A stretch of DNA of 64,000 nucleotides from an uncultured Chloroflexia bacterium (GTDB lineage: Bacteria > Chloroflexota > Limnocylindria > Limnocylindrales > CSP1-4), in assembly GCA_963752475.1 (NCBI GenBank), contig CAVVYR010000029.1:64001-128000 (forward strand). Direction: 5' to 3'. The notes under the pieces were generated by a model. That model saw only the letters and a list, made by a program, of their open reading frames with translations. It searched no databases and was not told the origin of the DNA. Below are positions 9,990 to 20,930 of this stretch, one piece after another. Made by a program: the position numbers and the translations under genes. Positions within the stretch are counted from its first letter, which is position 1. Each line of letters opens with the position of its first letter.

Positions 9990-11261
9990 TCATGACTCGT
10001 AGGCTCCCTTGAGGACGTTGGTGGCGCGCACGTACCAGAGCGTGAAGGCCAGCAGGATGAGGAAGATGACGAAGGCAAAGGCCGCCGAGAAGCCGAAGCG
10101 GTTGAACTCGAAGGCCGCGCGGTAGAGCGCCGTCACCAGGATGTCGCTGCTCTCCAGCGAGTTCTGGTTGATGAAGAACGGCACCATGATGTTGTTGAAG
10201 GTCAGGAACACGCCCAGCAGCACCGCCGGCAACAGGACCGGGCGCAGGAGCGGCAGCGTGATGCGGGTGAGCTGCTGGCGGCCGTTGGCGCCGTCGATCT
10301 CGGCAGCCTCGTAGTAGTCGCTGGAGATGGCCTGCAGGCCGCCGAGCGTGATGACCATCATGAAGGGCACGCCCAGCCAGACGTTGGCGATGATCATGGC
10401 CGTGAAGTTCCAGAACGGATCGATCATCCAGGGGATGGGATCGATGCCGACGAGGCCGAGGAGCTGGTTGACGGCCCCGAACTGGAAGTTGAACTCCGTG
10501 CGCCAGATCTGCAGGGAGATGAACACGGGGATGGCCCACGGCAGGATCAGCACGGCCCGGTAGAAGGTCCGGCCGCGCATCTGGCGATTGAGCATCAGCG
10601 CGAGGGCCACGCCCAGCGTGACGTGGAAGAAGATGCACACGACCGTCCACACGATGGTCTGGAGGAACAGCTGCCAGAAGCCGGTCTGCTGCAGGATCGG
10701 CTTGGTGAAGACGTTGACGTAGTTGTCGAGGCCGACGAAGATGTCGCGCTCCGCGCCGAAGGGCTCGAGGATGGTGCCTTCCCAGGTCAGGCCCAGCAGC
10801 CCGGGATCGATGAAGTTGCGCACGCTCATGCTCGTGAACGAGAGGTTCAGCTCGTAGAGCAGCGGGTAGACGTAGAGCACGCCCACACCCACGATGGCCG
10901 GTGCCAGCAGCATCGCCGGCAGAGCCAGCCGTGCGCTGTTGCTGCGACGACGCGTCCAGATGAGCCAGATGACGCCGGCCACGGCCAGCACCAAGCCGGC
11001 GATGACGGCCGTGGAGATCCACGAGTCGCCCGAAAGCGAGGTGATCCCGTCGAGCGAGAGGGTCTCGAGGCTGAGCAGCCAGTAGGCACCGGCCGCGGTC
11101 AGTGGCGCGACCACGAGGGCGACGATCGTGGCGCGTTCGCCACGCTTGCCCATCAGCGCCAGGTACAGCAGCGCCTCGAGGGCCACGATGGCCAGGATGA
11201 TGATGGCCAGCGATGAGACCACATCGCTGAACGCGATCCATGCCTGTTCGAGGTCGAACAT
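9990..11261 (-). CDS. Sugar ABC permease (MalF-like)
   Basis: ILPWAIP, WLGVPFMM, YEAAEIDGA; extra N-terminal transmembrane segments. Confidence 0.93.
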   Translation of the reverse strand: MFDLEQAWIAFSDVVSSLAIIILAIVALEALLYLALMGKRGERATIVALVVAPLTAAGAYWLLSLETLSLDGITSLSGDSWISTAVIAGLVLAVAGVIWLIWTRRRSNSARLALPAMLLAPAIVGVGVLYVYPLLYELNLSFTSMSVRNFIDPGLLGLTWEGTILEPFGAERDIFVGLDNYVNVFTKPILQQTGFWQLFLQTIVWTVVCIFFHVTLGVALALMLNRQMRGRTFYRAVLILPWAIPVFISLQIWRTEFNFQFGAVNQLLGLVGIDPIPWMIDPFWNFTAMIIANVWLGVPFMMVITLGGLQAISSDYYEAAEIDGANGRQQLTRITLPLLRPVLLPAVLLGVFLTFNNIMVPFFINQNSLESSDILVTALYRAAFEFNRFGFSAAFAFVIFLILLAFTLWYVRATNVLKGAYES

Positions 11262-11311
11262 CGTGTCGGTGTGTCCTCCTCACTTCCGACCGAAACGGGA
11301 CGCCATCATAA

Positions 11312-11343
11312 GCGAGGCCCCGACCTACTGGCCGGGGCCTCGC
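11312..11343 (-). other. Intercistronic stem-loop after the binding-protein gene (mRNA stabiliser or partial terminator)
   Basis: GCGAGGCCCCG...CGGGGCCTCGC 11-bp stem. Confidence 0.5.
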
Positions 11344-11363
11344 GCACTATCGGTGGTTAGGAA

Positions 11364-12596
11364 CTAGGCGGGGCCGCAGGCTCCGCCGGGTGCGACCGCG
11401 GCCTCCAGCGCCGACTGCATGCCGGCAGCCACTTCCGCGGGATCCGCGTCCGCACTCGCGTAGAGCGAGACGAGGCCATTGGTCATGGCGTCCCAGGCGC
11501 AGTTCATCTCGAGGTTGACCGGCTGTCCGGTGCCGTTGGCCGAAGCCGCGGCGACGCCGGCGATGAAGGGATCGTCCTGCACGACCGGGTCCGCGATGGC
11601 CTCGGCGTTGCCGGGGATGCGCGAGAGCTCGGCGGCCATGGCGACCTGGTTCTCGGTGTTGTTGAGGAAGTCGATGAAGTCAGCCACGACGGCGGCCTTC
11701 TCCTCGTCCTCGGCGACGGCGGACGGCAGCATCAGGTACTTGCCCGACAGCCAGGGGGCCGGCCAGTCACCACCGACGACCTCGGGGATGGGGGCGATGC
11801 CGAGGCTATCGCCGAAGGTGCCGGAGTAGTTGCTCAGCTCCCAGTCGCCGTTGATGATCATGCCTGCATCGCCACCCAGGAAGAGGGCGTTGGCCACGTC
11901 GTAGTCGCTGTCGATGGGCATCACGCCCTGCTCCCACTTGAGGTCCTGCAGGAAGGTGAGCGCGTTGACCATCTCCTCGCTATCGAGCGAGGGGATGCCC
12001 TCGGCGTCGAAGACGGAGGCGCCGAAGCCACCCAGCCAGGGGGTCAGCCAGAACGACTGGGTCTGGTCGTAGACCAGCCCGAACTGCTCGCCCTCGGTGT
12101 TGGCCACGGCCACCTCGATGAGCTCGTCGGTGTTGGCCGGTGCCTCACCGACGATATCCATGTTGTAGTAGAGCATCAGTGCGTTGCCGAAGGAGTTCGG
12201 CACGCCCCATACCTGGCCGTCGACGGTCGTGACCTCGACCGCGGCCGGCTCGTACACGCTGGTGTCGACGAGGCCGTCGAGCGGCACGATCTGGCCGGCA
12301 GCGGCGAGCGGACCCACATGGTCAGCCTGGGTCCAGAGCAGGTCGGGCGCCTGGCCACCGATGGCGGCGGTCAGCACGTCGTTGACCATGTTCTCCGGAG
12401 CGTGGAAGATCGTCGTGATGTTGACGTCGGGGTTAGCTTCGCTGTAAGCGGCCGCGAGCCCTTCGACGAACTCCAGCGGACCCGCTTCCTCGGTCGTCCA
12501 CAGCGTGATGTCGGTCTGCGCGGCGGCGGGGACCGCGGTCCCGGCGACCATCGCCAGCGACCCGGCGAGCGCCAGGGCCTTGAATCGGTTGGACAT
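11364..12596 (-). CDS. Maltose/maltodextrin-type ABC solute-binding protein
   Basis: Signal peptide; APDL, LYYN, MIINGDW motifs; very acidic; AGGAGGAGG RBS. Confidence 0.9.
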   Translation of the reverse strand: MSNRFKALALAGSLAMVAGTAVPAAAQTDITLWTTEEAGPLEFVEGLAAAYSEANPDVNITTIFHAPENMVNDVLTAAIGGQAPDLLWTQADHVGPLAAAGQIVPLDGLVDTSVYEPAAVEVTTVDGQVWGVPNSFGNALMLYYNMDIVGEAPANTDELIEVAVANTEGEQFGLVYDQTQSFWLTPWLGGFGASVFDAEGIPSLDSEEMVNALTFLQDLKWEQGVMPIDSDYDVANALFLGGDAGMIINGDWELSNYSGTFGDSLGIAPIPEVVGGDWPAPWLSGKYLMLPSAVAEDEEKAAVVADFIDFLNNTENQVAMAAELSRIPGNAEAIADPVVQDDPFIAGVAAASANGTGQPVNLEMNCAWDAMTNGLVSLYASADADPAEVAAGMQSALEAAVAPGGACGPA

Positions 12597-12773
12597 CGTT
12601 AGATGTGTCCTCCTCCTATGGCCACCGGAGGCGGTGGCTCTTCGGTACGCCAGTCGCGAGGGAACACCCCTTGGTGACCGGCCAGCGGATGATACGCCCG
12701 CTCCAAGGACTCGGCCAGGATGCGCGGACCGGCTGCGCGAGAGTCATCTGGCGGGTCTAGCATGTGCCGCGCC

Positions 12774-14948
12774 ATGACCGAACGCACCATCTCTCTCACC
12801 CTTGTCCTGCACAACCACCAACCCGTCGGCAACTTCGGGTTCGTCTTCGAGGAGTGCTACCAGCAGAGCTACGGACCCTTGCTCGACGCCCTCGAACGTC
12901 ACCCCGGCGTCCGCCTGGGCCTGCACTACACCGGACCGCTGCTGGACTGGTTCAAGACAGAGCGGCCGGACGTCATCGACCGGCTGCGGGCGCTGGTCGA
13001 GCGCGGCCAGGTCGAGGTCCTCGGCGGCGGCTACTACGAGCCGGTGCTGGCGTCGCTACGCGAGGACGACCGCGTGGGCCAGCTGACGAAGATGGCCGAC
13101 GAGATCGAGTCGCTCGTGGGGCAGCGCCCGGGTGGCGCCTGGCTGGCCGAGCGCGTGTGGGAGCCGGACATCCCCAAGGCCCTGGCCAAGGCCGGCTACG
13201 AGTTCACCATCGTGGACGATGCCCACTTCCGGGCCGCGGCCATCCCCGAGGAGCTGCACTGGGGCCCCTACTCCACCGACGACCAGGGCTACCGCGTCAT
13301 CGTCTATGGCTCCGAGCAGGGCCTGCGTTACCGCATCCCCTTCCGACCGGTCGAAGAGGTCATCGAGTACCTCCGCGAGCACGCCACAGAGGACGGCTCG
13401 CTCGTCGGGATGATGGGCGACGACGGCGAGAAGTTCGGCGTCTGGCCCGGCACCTGGGACCTCTGCTACGGCGAGCAGCAGTGGGTCGAACGCTTCTTCA
13501 CCGCGCTCGAGCAGAACGCTGAGTGGCTGAGCATGCTGAAGCCGGGCGAGGCGCTCGAGTCGCACCCACCGATCGGCCGGGTCTACCTGCCCACCGGCTC
13601 CTATGCCGAGATGGGCGAGTGGTCGCTGCCCTACAAGGCCCGCCGCGAGTTCGTCTCGCTGCATCACGCGGCGGTCGAGCGGGGCGCGCCCGAGGCCCGC
13701 TGGATGCGCGGCGGCTTCTGGCGGCAGTTCCAGGTCAACTACCGCGAGATCAACGACCTTCACAAGCAGATGCTGCGCACGTCACGCAAGGTCGAGGAGA
13801 CCGACGGGAGCGGGCTTGACGCCGGCAAGCTGGCGGCCGTCCGCGACCATCTCTTCCAGGGCCAATCGAACGACTGCTACTGGCATGGGCTCTTCGGCGG
13901 CATCTACATCTCGCACATGCGGCTGGCCACCCTCGAGCACCTCATCGCGGCGGAGGATGCGGCTGACCGCGCAGCCGGGGCGGAGGGTGTTCGGATCGAG
14001 ACCGCCGACCTCGATGTCGACGGCTTCGACGAGCTGCTCATCTCCGCACCGGGGCAGGTCGTAGCCATCAAGCCCAACGAGGGCGGTGGCATCGGCTCGT
14101 GGGACGCGCGCGCCACACGGCACGCCCTGACCTCGGTCATGCGCCGGCGCGAAGAGGCCTACCACGACACGCTGCGCGAGGCCGACAGCGGAGAGGTCGA
14201 GCAGCAGGAGGCCGGTGATGGCGCGGTCTCGATCCACGACCTGGTCAAGGTCAACGAGCCGGGCATCAGTCAGCGCCTGTGGTACGACCACTACGAGCGC
14301 CGCTCGGGGCTGGTGCACCTGATGGCACCCGGCACGACTGCCGAGGCCTTCAAGCAGGCCGACTACGAGGAGCTGGGCGACTTCGTCTCTGGCGAGTTCG
14401 CGGTCACCCAGGCGGAGGGTGACAAGGTCGTGCTCGAGCGCGAGGGTGGCATCCTGCGACCCGATGGCGCCTGCGCACCGCTGAAGGTGGTCAAGGAGCA
14501 CGTCTTCGGGGTCGACCGCCGCGTGCCGACGCTCGACCTGCGGGTCGAGGTCACCAACACCGGCGACCAGCCCATCGAGGCGCTGCTGGGTGTCGAGTTC
14601 AGCCTCAACATGCTCGGCGGTGGCGGCAACCCATCAGCCTGGTACAAGGTCAACGGCGAGACCGGCGGTTTCGACCGGGACAAGACCGTCGACTCCACCG
14701 ACCACGTGGGCCTGGGCAACGACTACATCGGGATCGAGGTCGAGTCACGTCCGTCGCCGCCCGCAGCCGCCTGGTGGTGGTCCATCGAGACGATGTCGCT
14801 GTCGGAGTCCGGCTTCGAGGCCAGCCACCAGGGAGGCTCGCTCACCTTCGTCTGGCCGCTTTCCCTGGCGCCCGGCGAGCAGATGACCGTCAGCCTGGCC
14901 AACCTCATCCGCTCGAGCCGCGACCGCGCCGAGGAAGAGGGCCTCTAG
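12774..14948 (+). CDS. GH57 alpha-amylase/4-alpha-glucanotransferase (DUF1925/DUF1926 type)
   Basis: HNHQPVGNF, WLAERVWEP, DDGEKFG, SYAEMGEW, QSNDCYWHGLFGGIY. Confidence 0.93.
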   Translation: MTERTISLTLVLHNHQPVGNFGFVFEECYQQSYGPLLDALERHPGVRLGLHYTGPLLDWFKTERPDVIDRLRALVERGQVEVLGGGYYEPVLASLREDDRVGQLTKMADEIESLVGQRPGGAWLAERVWEPDIPKALAKAGYEFTIVDDAHFRAAAIPEELHWGPYSTDDQGYRVIVYGSEQGLRYRIPFRPVEEVIEYLREHATEDGSLVGMMGDDGEKFGVWPGTWDLCYGEQQWVERFFTALEQNAEWLSMLKPGEALESHPPIGRVYLPTGSYAEMGEWSLPYKARREFVSLHHAAVERGAPEARWMRGGFWRQFQVNYREINDLHKQMLRTSRKVEETDGSGLDAGKLAAVRDHLFQGQSNDCYWHGLFGGIYISHMRLATLEHLIAAEDAADRAAGAEGVRIETADLDVDGFDELLISAPGQVVAIKPNEGGGIGSWDARATRHALTSVMRRREEAYHDTLREADSGEVEQQEAGDGAVSIHDLVKVNEPGISQRLWYDHYERRSGLVHLMAPGTTAEAFKQADYEELGDFVSGEFAVTQAEGDKVVLEREGGILRPDGACAPLKVVKEHVFGVDRRVPTLDLRVEVTNTGDQPIEALLGVEFSLNMLGGGGNPSAWYKVNGETGGFDRDKTVDSTDHVGLGNDYIGIEVESRPSPPAAAWWWSIETMSLSESGFEASHQGGSLTFVWPLSLAPGEQMTVSLANLIRSSRDRAEEEGL

Positions 14949-15172
14949 CCCTCGGCCCCACCCTCGAAGTGGGTCGGCGGGCATCCGCTCTCGACCACTA
15001 TCCGCCTGTGGCTGGACCTCGACGCGCCTGCGACCGGAGTGCGCGACCTCATGCTCGGCGGGACTCAAGTCGACGCCCCGAGCCTCCACGAGGCTGGGGA
15101 TCGACAGGCGTGGCGCAAACCCGTCGAGTTCAGCCACCAGAGGATGGCAGATGGGCCCCAGAGGACCCGCGG

Positions 15173-16673
15173 CTACACCTCAGCCAAGTCGGTGAAGGTG
15201 TCCTCGAGCTTGGGGTAGAGCGAGCGGTAGACCGCATAGGCCCCGTCGTAGGCGCCTGCGTGCTCGCCTGGTTCGGTGGTGTCGGTGACCTCGACCATGG
15301 CCTCGCAAGCCTCGCCGACGGTCTCGAACCAGCCGGCCGCGACCGCCGCCAGGATTGCACCACCGGTGGCGACGCCCTCGGCGGTGCGCGTAAGCGAAAG
15401 CGGCACACCCAGCACATCCGCGATGATCTGGCGCCACAGCGGCGAGTTGGTGCCACCACCCGAGGCACGCAGCTCACGCAGCGGATCGGGCGCGGTCTCC
15501 GACACGAGCTCGAAGACGTCCCGCAGCGAGAAGGCCACGCCCTCGAGCACGGCCCGCACCATGTGACCCAGCCCGTGGCGCACGGTCAGGCCCACGAAGG
15601 CGCCGCGCGCGCGGGGGTTGGCGTGGGGCGTGCGCTCGCCAGAGAGATAGGGCAGGAAGATGAGGCCCTCCGCGCCGGGTGGCACGTCTGCCGCCAGCGC
15701 GGTCAGCTCGTCCCAGCCGGTGTCCGGAGCCAGCTCATCGCGCAACCACAGGAGTGAGCCAGCGGCCGAAAGGGTCACGCCCATGAGGTGCCAGGTCCCG
15801 GGCACGGCATGGCAGAAGGCAGACAGCCGTCCGTCCCGCTCGACCGAAGGGCCCGACGTGGGCACGAAGACGACGCCGCTGGTGCCCACGGACATGGCCG
15901 CGATCCCAGGCGTGACAGCACCCAGGCCGACCGCGTTGGCGGCCTGGTCGCCGGCCCCGCCGACCACTGGCGTCCCGGCGCGCAAGCCGGTGGCCGCGGC
16001 GGCCTCGTCGGTCACGGTGCCCACGATCTCGGGGCCCTCGACGGTCCGGGGCAGCATCGACATGTCGAACCCGATGGCCTCTGCCACCTCCTGCGACCAT
16101 GTCCGCGCCTTGATGTCGAACAACACCGTGCCGGCACCGTCGTTGACGTCGAGCGCGTACTCGCCGCAGAGCTTGAAGCGGACGTAATCCTTGGGCAGCT
16201 GCAACACACGTGCCCGCTCCCAGTTCTCCGGCTCGTTGTTGCGCACCCACAGCATCTTGGTCGCGGTATAGCTCGTGAGCGCATCGTTGCCGGTGATCTC
16301 GATGAGCCGCTCAGGACCCACGGCCGCGCGGATCTGATCGCACTCGGCGGCGGTGCGGCCGTCGTTCCAGAGGATGGCCGGGCGGACGACCTCGCCGTCC
16401 TCGTCGAGCAGCACCATGCCGTGCATCTGGCCGCCGGCACCGACTGCGGCGATGTCATCCCCGGTCACCCCGGCTTCGGCCAGCACCCCCTTGATGCGTC
16501 TGCTGGGCCGCGTCCCACCACAGACCGGGATCCTGCTCCGCCCACAGCGGGAACGGCGTTTCGAAGGGGTATTCGGCAGCGGCAACGGCCAGGACCGTCC
16601 CGTCACGCTCGAGGAGGATGGCCTTCGTCGCGGTAGTCGAGACGTCGAGGCCGAGGACGAGTGAGGCGCTCAC
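15173..16673 (-). CDS. xylB: Xylulokinase (FGGY family), +1 frameshift near 16497
   Basis: N-terminal LGLDVSTTATKA..AEQDP (ORF 16455-16673) continues into GQMHG, ILWNDGR, GDQAA, FLPYLSGERTP (ORF 15173-16606). Confidence 0.85.
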
Positions 16674-16706
16674 GGTGTTCCTTTCGGATCGATACAGGGG
16701 ATCGGC

Positions 16707-17610
16707 TTAGCGGTCGAGCTGGTCGGAGAGCACGAGACGCTCGGCCTCGGCTTCGTCCACGAGGTGGACGGCCCAGTCCTCGTGGTGCTCAGCGGCATCG
16801 CCGGGGTCAAGGTCGGTCAGCGGGCCCAGCGACTCCAGCTCGGTGAAGTCGCCGTGCGAGTAGACCTGGCCGGAGGCACCCATGTCGGCGTACTCACGGG
16901 CCTCGTCGTGGCCGGCGTACTTCACCAGCAGCAGGCCCTCGCGGTAGTGCGCGGCCCAGCCCCGGCGCATGGTCGTGCCGATCTTGAAGGGCACATCGAG
17001 GGGCCGGTCGAGCCATGACCGCGGAGCGGATCTCGAGCGCACCGTCGTGGACCACGTAGCGCGGGTCGTCGTTGCGGGAGTAGGACCACAGGACGATGTT
17101 GCGCTGGCCCTGGAAGCCACCCTCATCGAAGTCACCGGTGAGTACCGGCAGGAACGCCCGGCCCAGCGGTTTCATCATCGTGATGGCCCAGGCCGCCAGG
17201 CGCTGCGGACGCGTCGCTCGATTGAGCACGCGGTAGTCGAAGGCGAAGCGCTCGGGACCGGTCACACGGATGTCGATCTCGCGGCTGGTCTCCGATACCG
17301 GATCGGGCCGGGTCACGAGGCGCACGCCGTCATCGATCTCCTCCACGCCCACCGCATCGTCGTCCGGACGGTAGGTGAAACGCGGGTCCTCCGGGGCCGC
17401 CCACAGGCGTGAACCGCCACGCAGGTGGATGACCCCCGAGCCCGGGCAGTCGAGCGTCATCTCGGGCAGCTCGGCGAAGTGATTGCGGTCGTCCTCGGTG
17501 AGCAGGCCGAGCACGCGTGGCCCGACCGAGGTCGTGACCACCAGCCGGATCTTCCCGGCGGTGATCTGGATGGCCTCGTGGCCGGCGAATCGGGTGGTCG
17601 TGATGGGCAT
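16707..17610 (-). CDS. Conserved hypothetical protein (DUF4380/aldose-epimerase-like), +1 frameshift near 17010
   Basis: VVTTSVGPRVLG and GGSRLWAAPE in one frame join PFKIG..ELESLGPL..HHEDW in a second frame. Confidence 0.65.
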
Positions 17611-17761
17611 CGGGCTGGGCGTCCTCTTCTCCGCTGGTACGACCGATGCTAGCGAACGATGACCCCACTCAGGTAGCGGCTGCGCGACTCGATATGGCGG
17701 GCCGTTCCGCCCACCGTGAGCGAAGCCTCCAGCGGCAGGTCCACCGAGGAGGTCCCGACCA

Positions 17762-18290
17762 TCAGCCGGAGCTCGCAGGTGCGCGCGAGCCATGCGAAGT
17801 CCGGCGGCACCGCCGACGGAACTTCGCCGCCACCGCCGTGGCCTCGTCGAGACCGCTGGCCTCGCTGCGGAAGAAGAAGCGCGTCGTGGGCTTGGCGCGC
17901 CCCGAGCACTCCTCCACGAAGTCGAGGTTGACTTCGCCCGGGAATGAGACCGGAACCAGCACAGCGCGCCCACCGAAGCGATCGATCGAGGCCTGCAGGT
18001 CGGTGGTGGGATGGGTGAAGTTCAGGTTGGCACGCATCGAAGGCCGTCAGTGTGTCGGTGATCTTGCGCAGCAAGCGATGGACGGCTTCTGGCTGCTCGT
18101 GCCACGCCATGAAGAAGGCCCCCTTCAGTCCCGGTCCACGCGTGGAGCCACAGAACACGGTCATCGCCGATGACCTCCAAGCTGCGCTGGTCCATCTCCA
18201 GCTGGCGCTTGCCAAGCTGAGCCCGGTCTTCGATGCTTCCGTGCACCAGGACTCGAACGTCAGCGTAACGATCGCCGAACGCATTGACTC
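17762..18290 (-). pseudogene. Possible degraded URO-D-family gene remnant
   Basis: Pieces in three frames: LEVIGDD..GTE / AFFMAWHEQPEAVHRLLRKITD / DLQASIDRFGGRAVL. They resemble segments of the intact URO-D proteins in this window but total far less than a full gene. Confidence 0.4.
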
Positions 18291-18415
18291 GAAACGCGTC
18301 GCGCGGAGCGTTCCGCAGCGTCTGCGATCCTTGCCGCTCAAAGCGGCTGCAGGAACCAGCAACGCACTTCCGCGACTGCTGGATGCGACCGGTCGCACAC
18401 GACCACGTACGTTTC

Positions 18416-18429
18416 TGAAACCGCTTACA
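18416..18429. promoter_or_regulatory. LacI-type operator TGAAACCGCTTACA
   Basis: Fits the LacI/cre-type pattern TGWAANCGNTNWCA and overlaps the LacI gene promoter. A second near-palindrome GCGGAGCGTTCCGC lies at 18303-18316. Confidence 0.65.
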
Positions 18430-18459
18430 TTCAGTTTCAGCTTTGGTACAGTCCCTGCC

Positions 18460-19509
18460 ATGCCCACGAGCAAGCGAGCGCGCAACGAAGAGCCGGTGAC
18501 CATCTACGAGGTCGCTCGCGAGGCCGGCGTGTCGACGGCCACGGTCTCGCGCGTCATCAACGGACAGCGGCACGTCCGCGAGTCCACACGCCTCAAGGTC
18601 GAGGAGGCGATGGACCGCCTCGGCTACGTCGCCAACCGCCAGGCCCGCGGCCTCGCTGGCGGCCGCTCACGCATGATCGGCCTGCTCGTGCACGAGGTCG
18701 GCTCGTCCTACTTCACCCAGATCATCCGAGGTATCGACCACGCCGTCGCCGACATCGGCTACGACCTCGTGCTCTACACCTCGCATGCGCGTGTCGAGGC
18801 TGAGGCGCAGCACGCGCTGCAGCTGGCGACAGGTCCGGTGGACGGCATCATCTTCGTGCTCGCGGTCGATCCGGCCAAGTACGTCGAGACGCTGCGCGGG
18901 CGGGGCATGCCCTTCGTGATGCTGGACCACTCGCACGAACTCAGCGGGACCACGTTCGTGACCGCCTCCAACCGCAGCGGCGCCAAAGACGCCATCGAGC
19001 ACCTCATCGGCCTGGGGCATCAGCGCATCGGCTTCATCACCGGCAAGTCCGGGGTCAGCTCGACGAGCGAGCGGCTGGCCGGTTATCGCGATGCAATGCA
19101 GGACGCGGACATCCGTCACGACGACGAGCTGGTGGTGACCGGCGACTTTCTGGAAGGACGGGGCTATCGGGCCACTGAGCAGCTGCTGGAGCTGGAGCGG
19201 CCGCCGACGGCCATCTTCACCTCGGCCGACATGGCGGCGTTCGGTGCGATCAAGGCGTGCCGGGCAGCAGGCCTGCGCGTGCCCGAGGATATCTCCATCG
19301 TCGGCTTCGACGACATCCCTGAGGCCTCCCTGGTGATGCCACCGCTGACGACCGTGCGCCAGCCGCTGATGGAGATGGGCACCACGGCCGTACGCTTGCT
19401 GCAGCGGCTGATGGACGAGCCCGAGCTCACCCCAAGCAAGACGGAACTCGTGACCGAGCTGGTGGTGCGCGACTCCACGGCCCCGCCACCGAAGGCGCCC
19501 GGGCGCTAG
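18460..19509 (+). CDS. LacI family regulator
   Basis: TIYEVAREAGVSTATVSRVIN HTH; VPEDISIVGFDD, PPLTTVRQP. Confidence 0.95.
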   Translation: MPTSKRARNEEPVTIYEVAREAGVSTATVSRVINGQRHVRESTRLKVEEAMDRLGYVANRQARGLAGGRSRMIGLLVHEVGSSYFTQIIRGIDHAVADIGYDLVLYTSHARVEAEAQHALQLATGPVDGIIFVLAVDPAKYVETLRGRGMPFVMLDHSHELSGTTFVTASNRSGAKDAIEHLIGLGHQRIGFITGKSGVSSTSERLAGYRDAMQDADIRHDDELVVTGDFLEGRGYRATEQLLELERPPTAIFTSADMAAFGAIKACRAAGLRVPEDISIVGFDDIPEASLVMPPLTTVRQPLMEMGTTAVRLLQRLMDEPELTPSKTELVTELVVRDSTAPPPKAPGR

Positions 19510-20900
19510 GGCGACCGGGACGACAGCGGCTCCAGTCCGTTGCGGGCGATGACCTCGCGATACCAGTACGCGCTGTCCTTGGGCGTGCGCACCAGCGTGT
19601 CGTAGTCGACGTGGACGATGCCGAAGCGCTTGTGGTAGCCGTGTGACCACTCGAAGTTGTCCATCAGCGACCACCCGAAGTAGCCGCGCACGTCGGCTCC
19701 TTCTTCGATGGCGCGATGCACGGCCCTCAGATGCGCATCGAGGTAGGCGATGCGCCGCGGATCATGGCAGCGGCCATCGACCACGGGATCGTCGTAGGCA
19801 CAGCCGTTCTCGGTGACGTACAGGGGCGGCAGGTTCGGGTAGGCCTTCGCGAGGCCCACCAGGAGGGCGCGGAGGCCGTCGGGCGTGATGGGCCAACCCA
19901 TATCGGTGCGCTCGCCTTCGGGCGCGAAGGGCACGGCATCCTTCATGCCCGGGGTGGCCAGCCAGCTGCCGCCAGGCTGGGCGCGCACGTGATCATCGTT
20001 GTAGTAGTTGACGCCCAGCCAGTCGAGCGGCTGCGCGATGGCCTCGAGGTCTCCCTCGTCGATCGGCAGACCACCGAAGGCCGCCAGGTCCGCCATGGCA
20101 TCCTCGGGATAGCGGCCCAGCAACATCGGCTCCATCCAGACACGGTTGCGCAGCGCGTCGTACCGACGCACGCCATCGGCTGCGGCGCCATCGGGGTCGT
20201 CGCCCACGACGTGCATGGGCATGAGGTTGATGACCACGCCCTGCTGAGGTTCAGGGTCGATGGCACGCATGGTCTCGACCGCCAGGCCATGCGAGAGGTT
20301 GATGTGATGGACGGCCCTGGTCGCAGCGACCGGATCGGTGCGACCCGGGGCATGTGACGGATCCGCGTAGCCCAGCATCGAGGAGCACCAGGGCTCGTTG
20401 TGCGTGGCCCAGAGGTCGACCCGGTCGTGCAGCGCCTCGAACATGATGCCGGCGTACTCGGCGAAGCGGTAGGCGGTATCGCGCGCGGGCCAGCCGCCAG
20501 CGTCCTCCAGCGCCTGCGGCAGATCCCAGTGGTAGAGCGTCAGCGCCGGTGTGATGTCATCGGCCAGCAGTTCATCCACGAGGCGCGAATAGAAGTCGAG
20601 CCCTGGCTGGTTGACAGGGCCGGAGCCGGTGGGCTGGATGCGCGGCCAGGCCACGCTGAAGCGGTAGGCCCGCAGGCCCAGCCGAGCCATCATCTCGACG
20701 TCCTGCGGCATGCGGTTGTAGTGGTCTACCGACACGTCTCCGGTGTGACCGTCCTTGATCAGGTCGGTGTGGTGGCACTGCGTGTCCCAGATGCTGGGTC
20801 CGCGTCCGTCCTGGTAGACGGCGCCCTCGATCTGATAGGCGCTGGTGGCGGCGCCCCAGAGGAAGCCCTCTGGGAAGCGGAGTACGTCGGTGTCGGTCAT
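19506..20900 (-). CDS. GH1 beta-glucosidase
   Basis: FLWGAATSAYQIEG, THNEP (acid/base), VTENG (nucleophile), WSLMDNFEW. Alternative start at 20915. Confidence 0.95.
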   Translation of the reverse strand: MTDTDVLRFPEGFLWGAATSAYQIEGAVYQDGRGPSIWDTQCHHTDLIKDGHTGDVSVDHYNRMPQDVEMMARLGLRAYRFSVAWPRIQPTGSGPVNQPGLDFYSRLVDELLADDITPALTLYHWDLPQALEDAGGWPARDTAYRFAEYAGIMFEALHDRVDLWATHNEPWCSSMLGYADPSHAPGRTDPVAATRAVHHINLSHGLAVETMRAIDPEPQQGVVINLMPMHVVGDDPDGAAADGVRRYDALRNRVWMEPMLLGRYPEDAMADLAAFGGLPIDEGDLEAIAQPLDWLGVNYYNDDHVRAQPGGSWLATPGMKDAVPFAPEGERTDMGWPITPDGLRALLVGLAKAYPNLPPLYVTENGCAYDDPVVDGRCHDPRRIAYLDAHLRAVHRAIEEGADVRGYFGWSLMDNFEWSHGYHKRFGIVHVDYDTLVRTPKDSAYWYREVIARNGLEPLSSRSP

Positions 20901-20930
20901 GGGTGGATCACTCACTGTCTCAACCTTCGC

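Noticed and set aside
12620-12690. ZTP riboswitch suggested by GCGACTGGCG on the minus strand
   Set aside because: The downstream GGGAAGCG-like segment and CGCCTGGG pseudoknot partner are missing, and the downstream gene is a sugar SBP.
14949-15172. Coding-like stretch (LWLDLDAPATGVRDLMLGG..) between the GH57 gene and xylB
   Set aside because: No clear start, RBS or family match; too weak to call.
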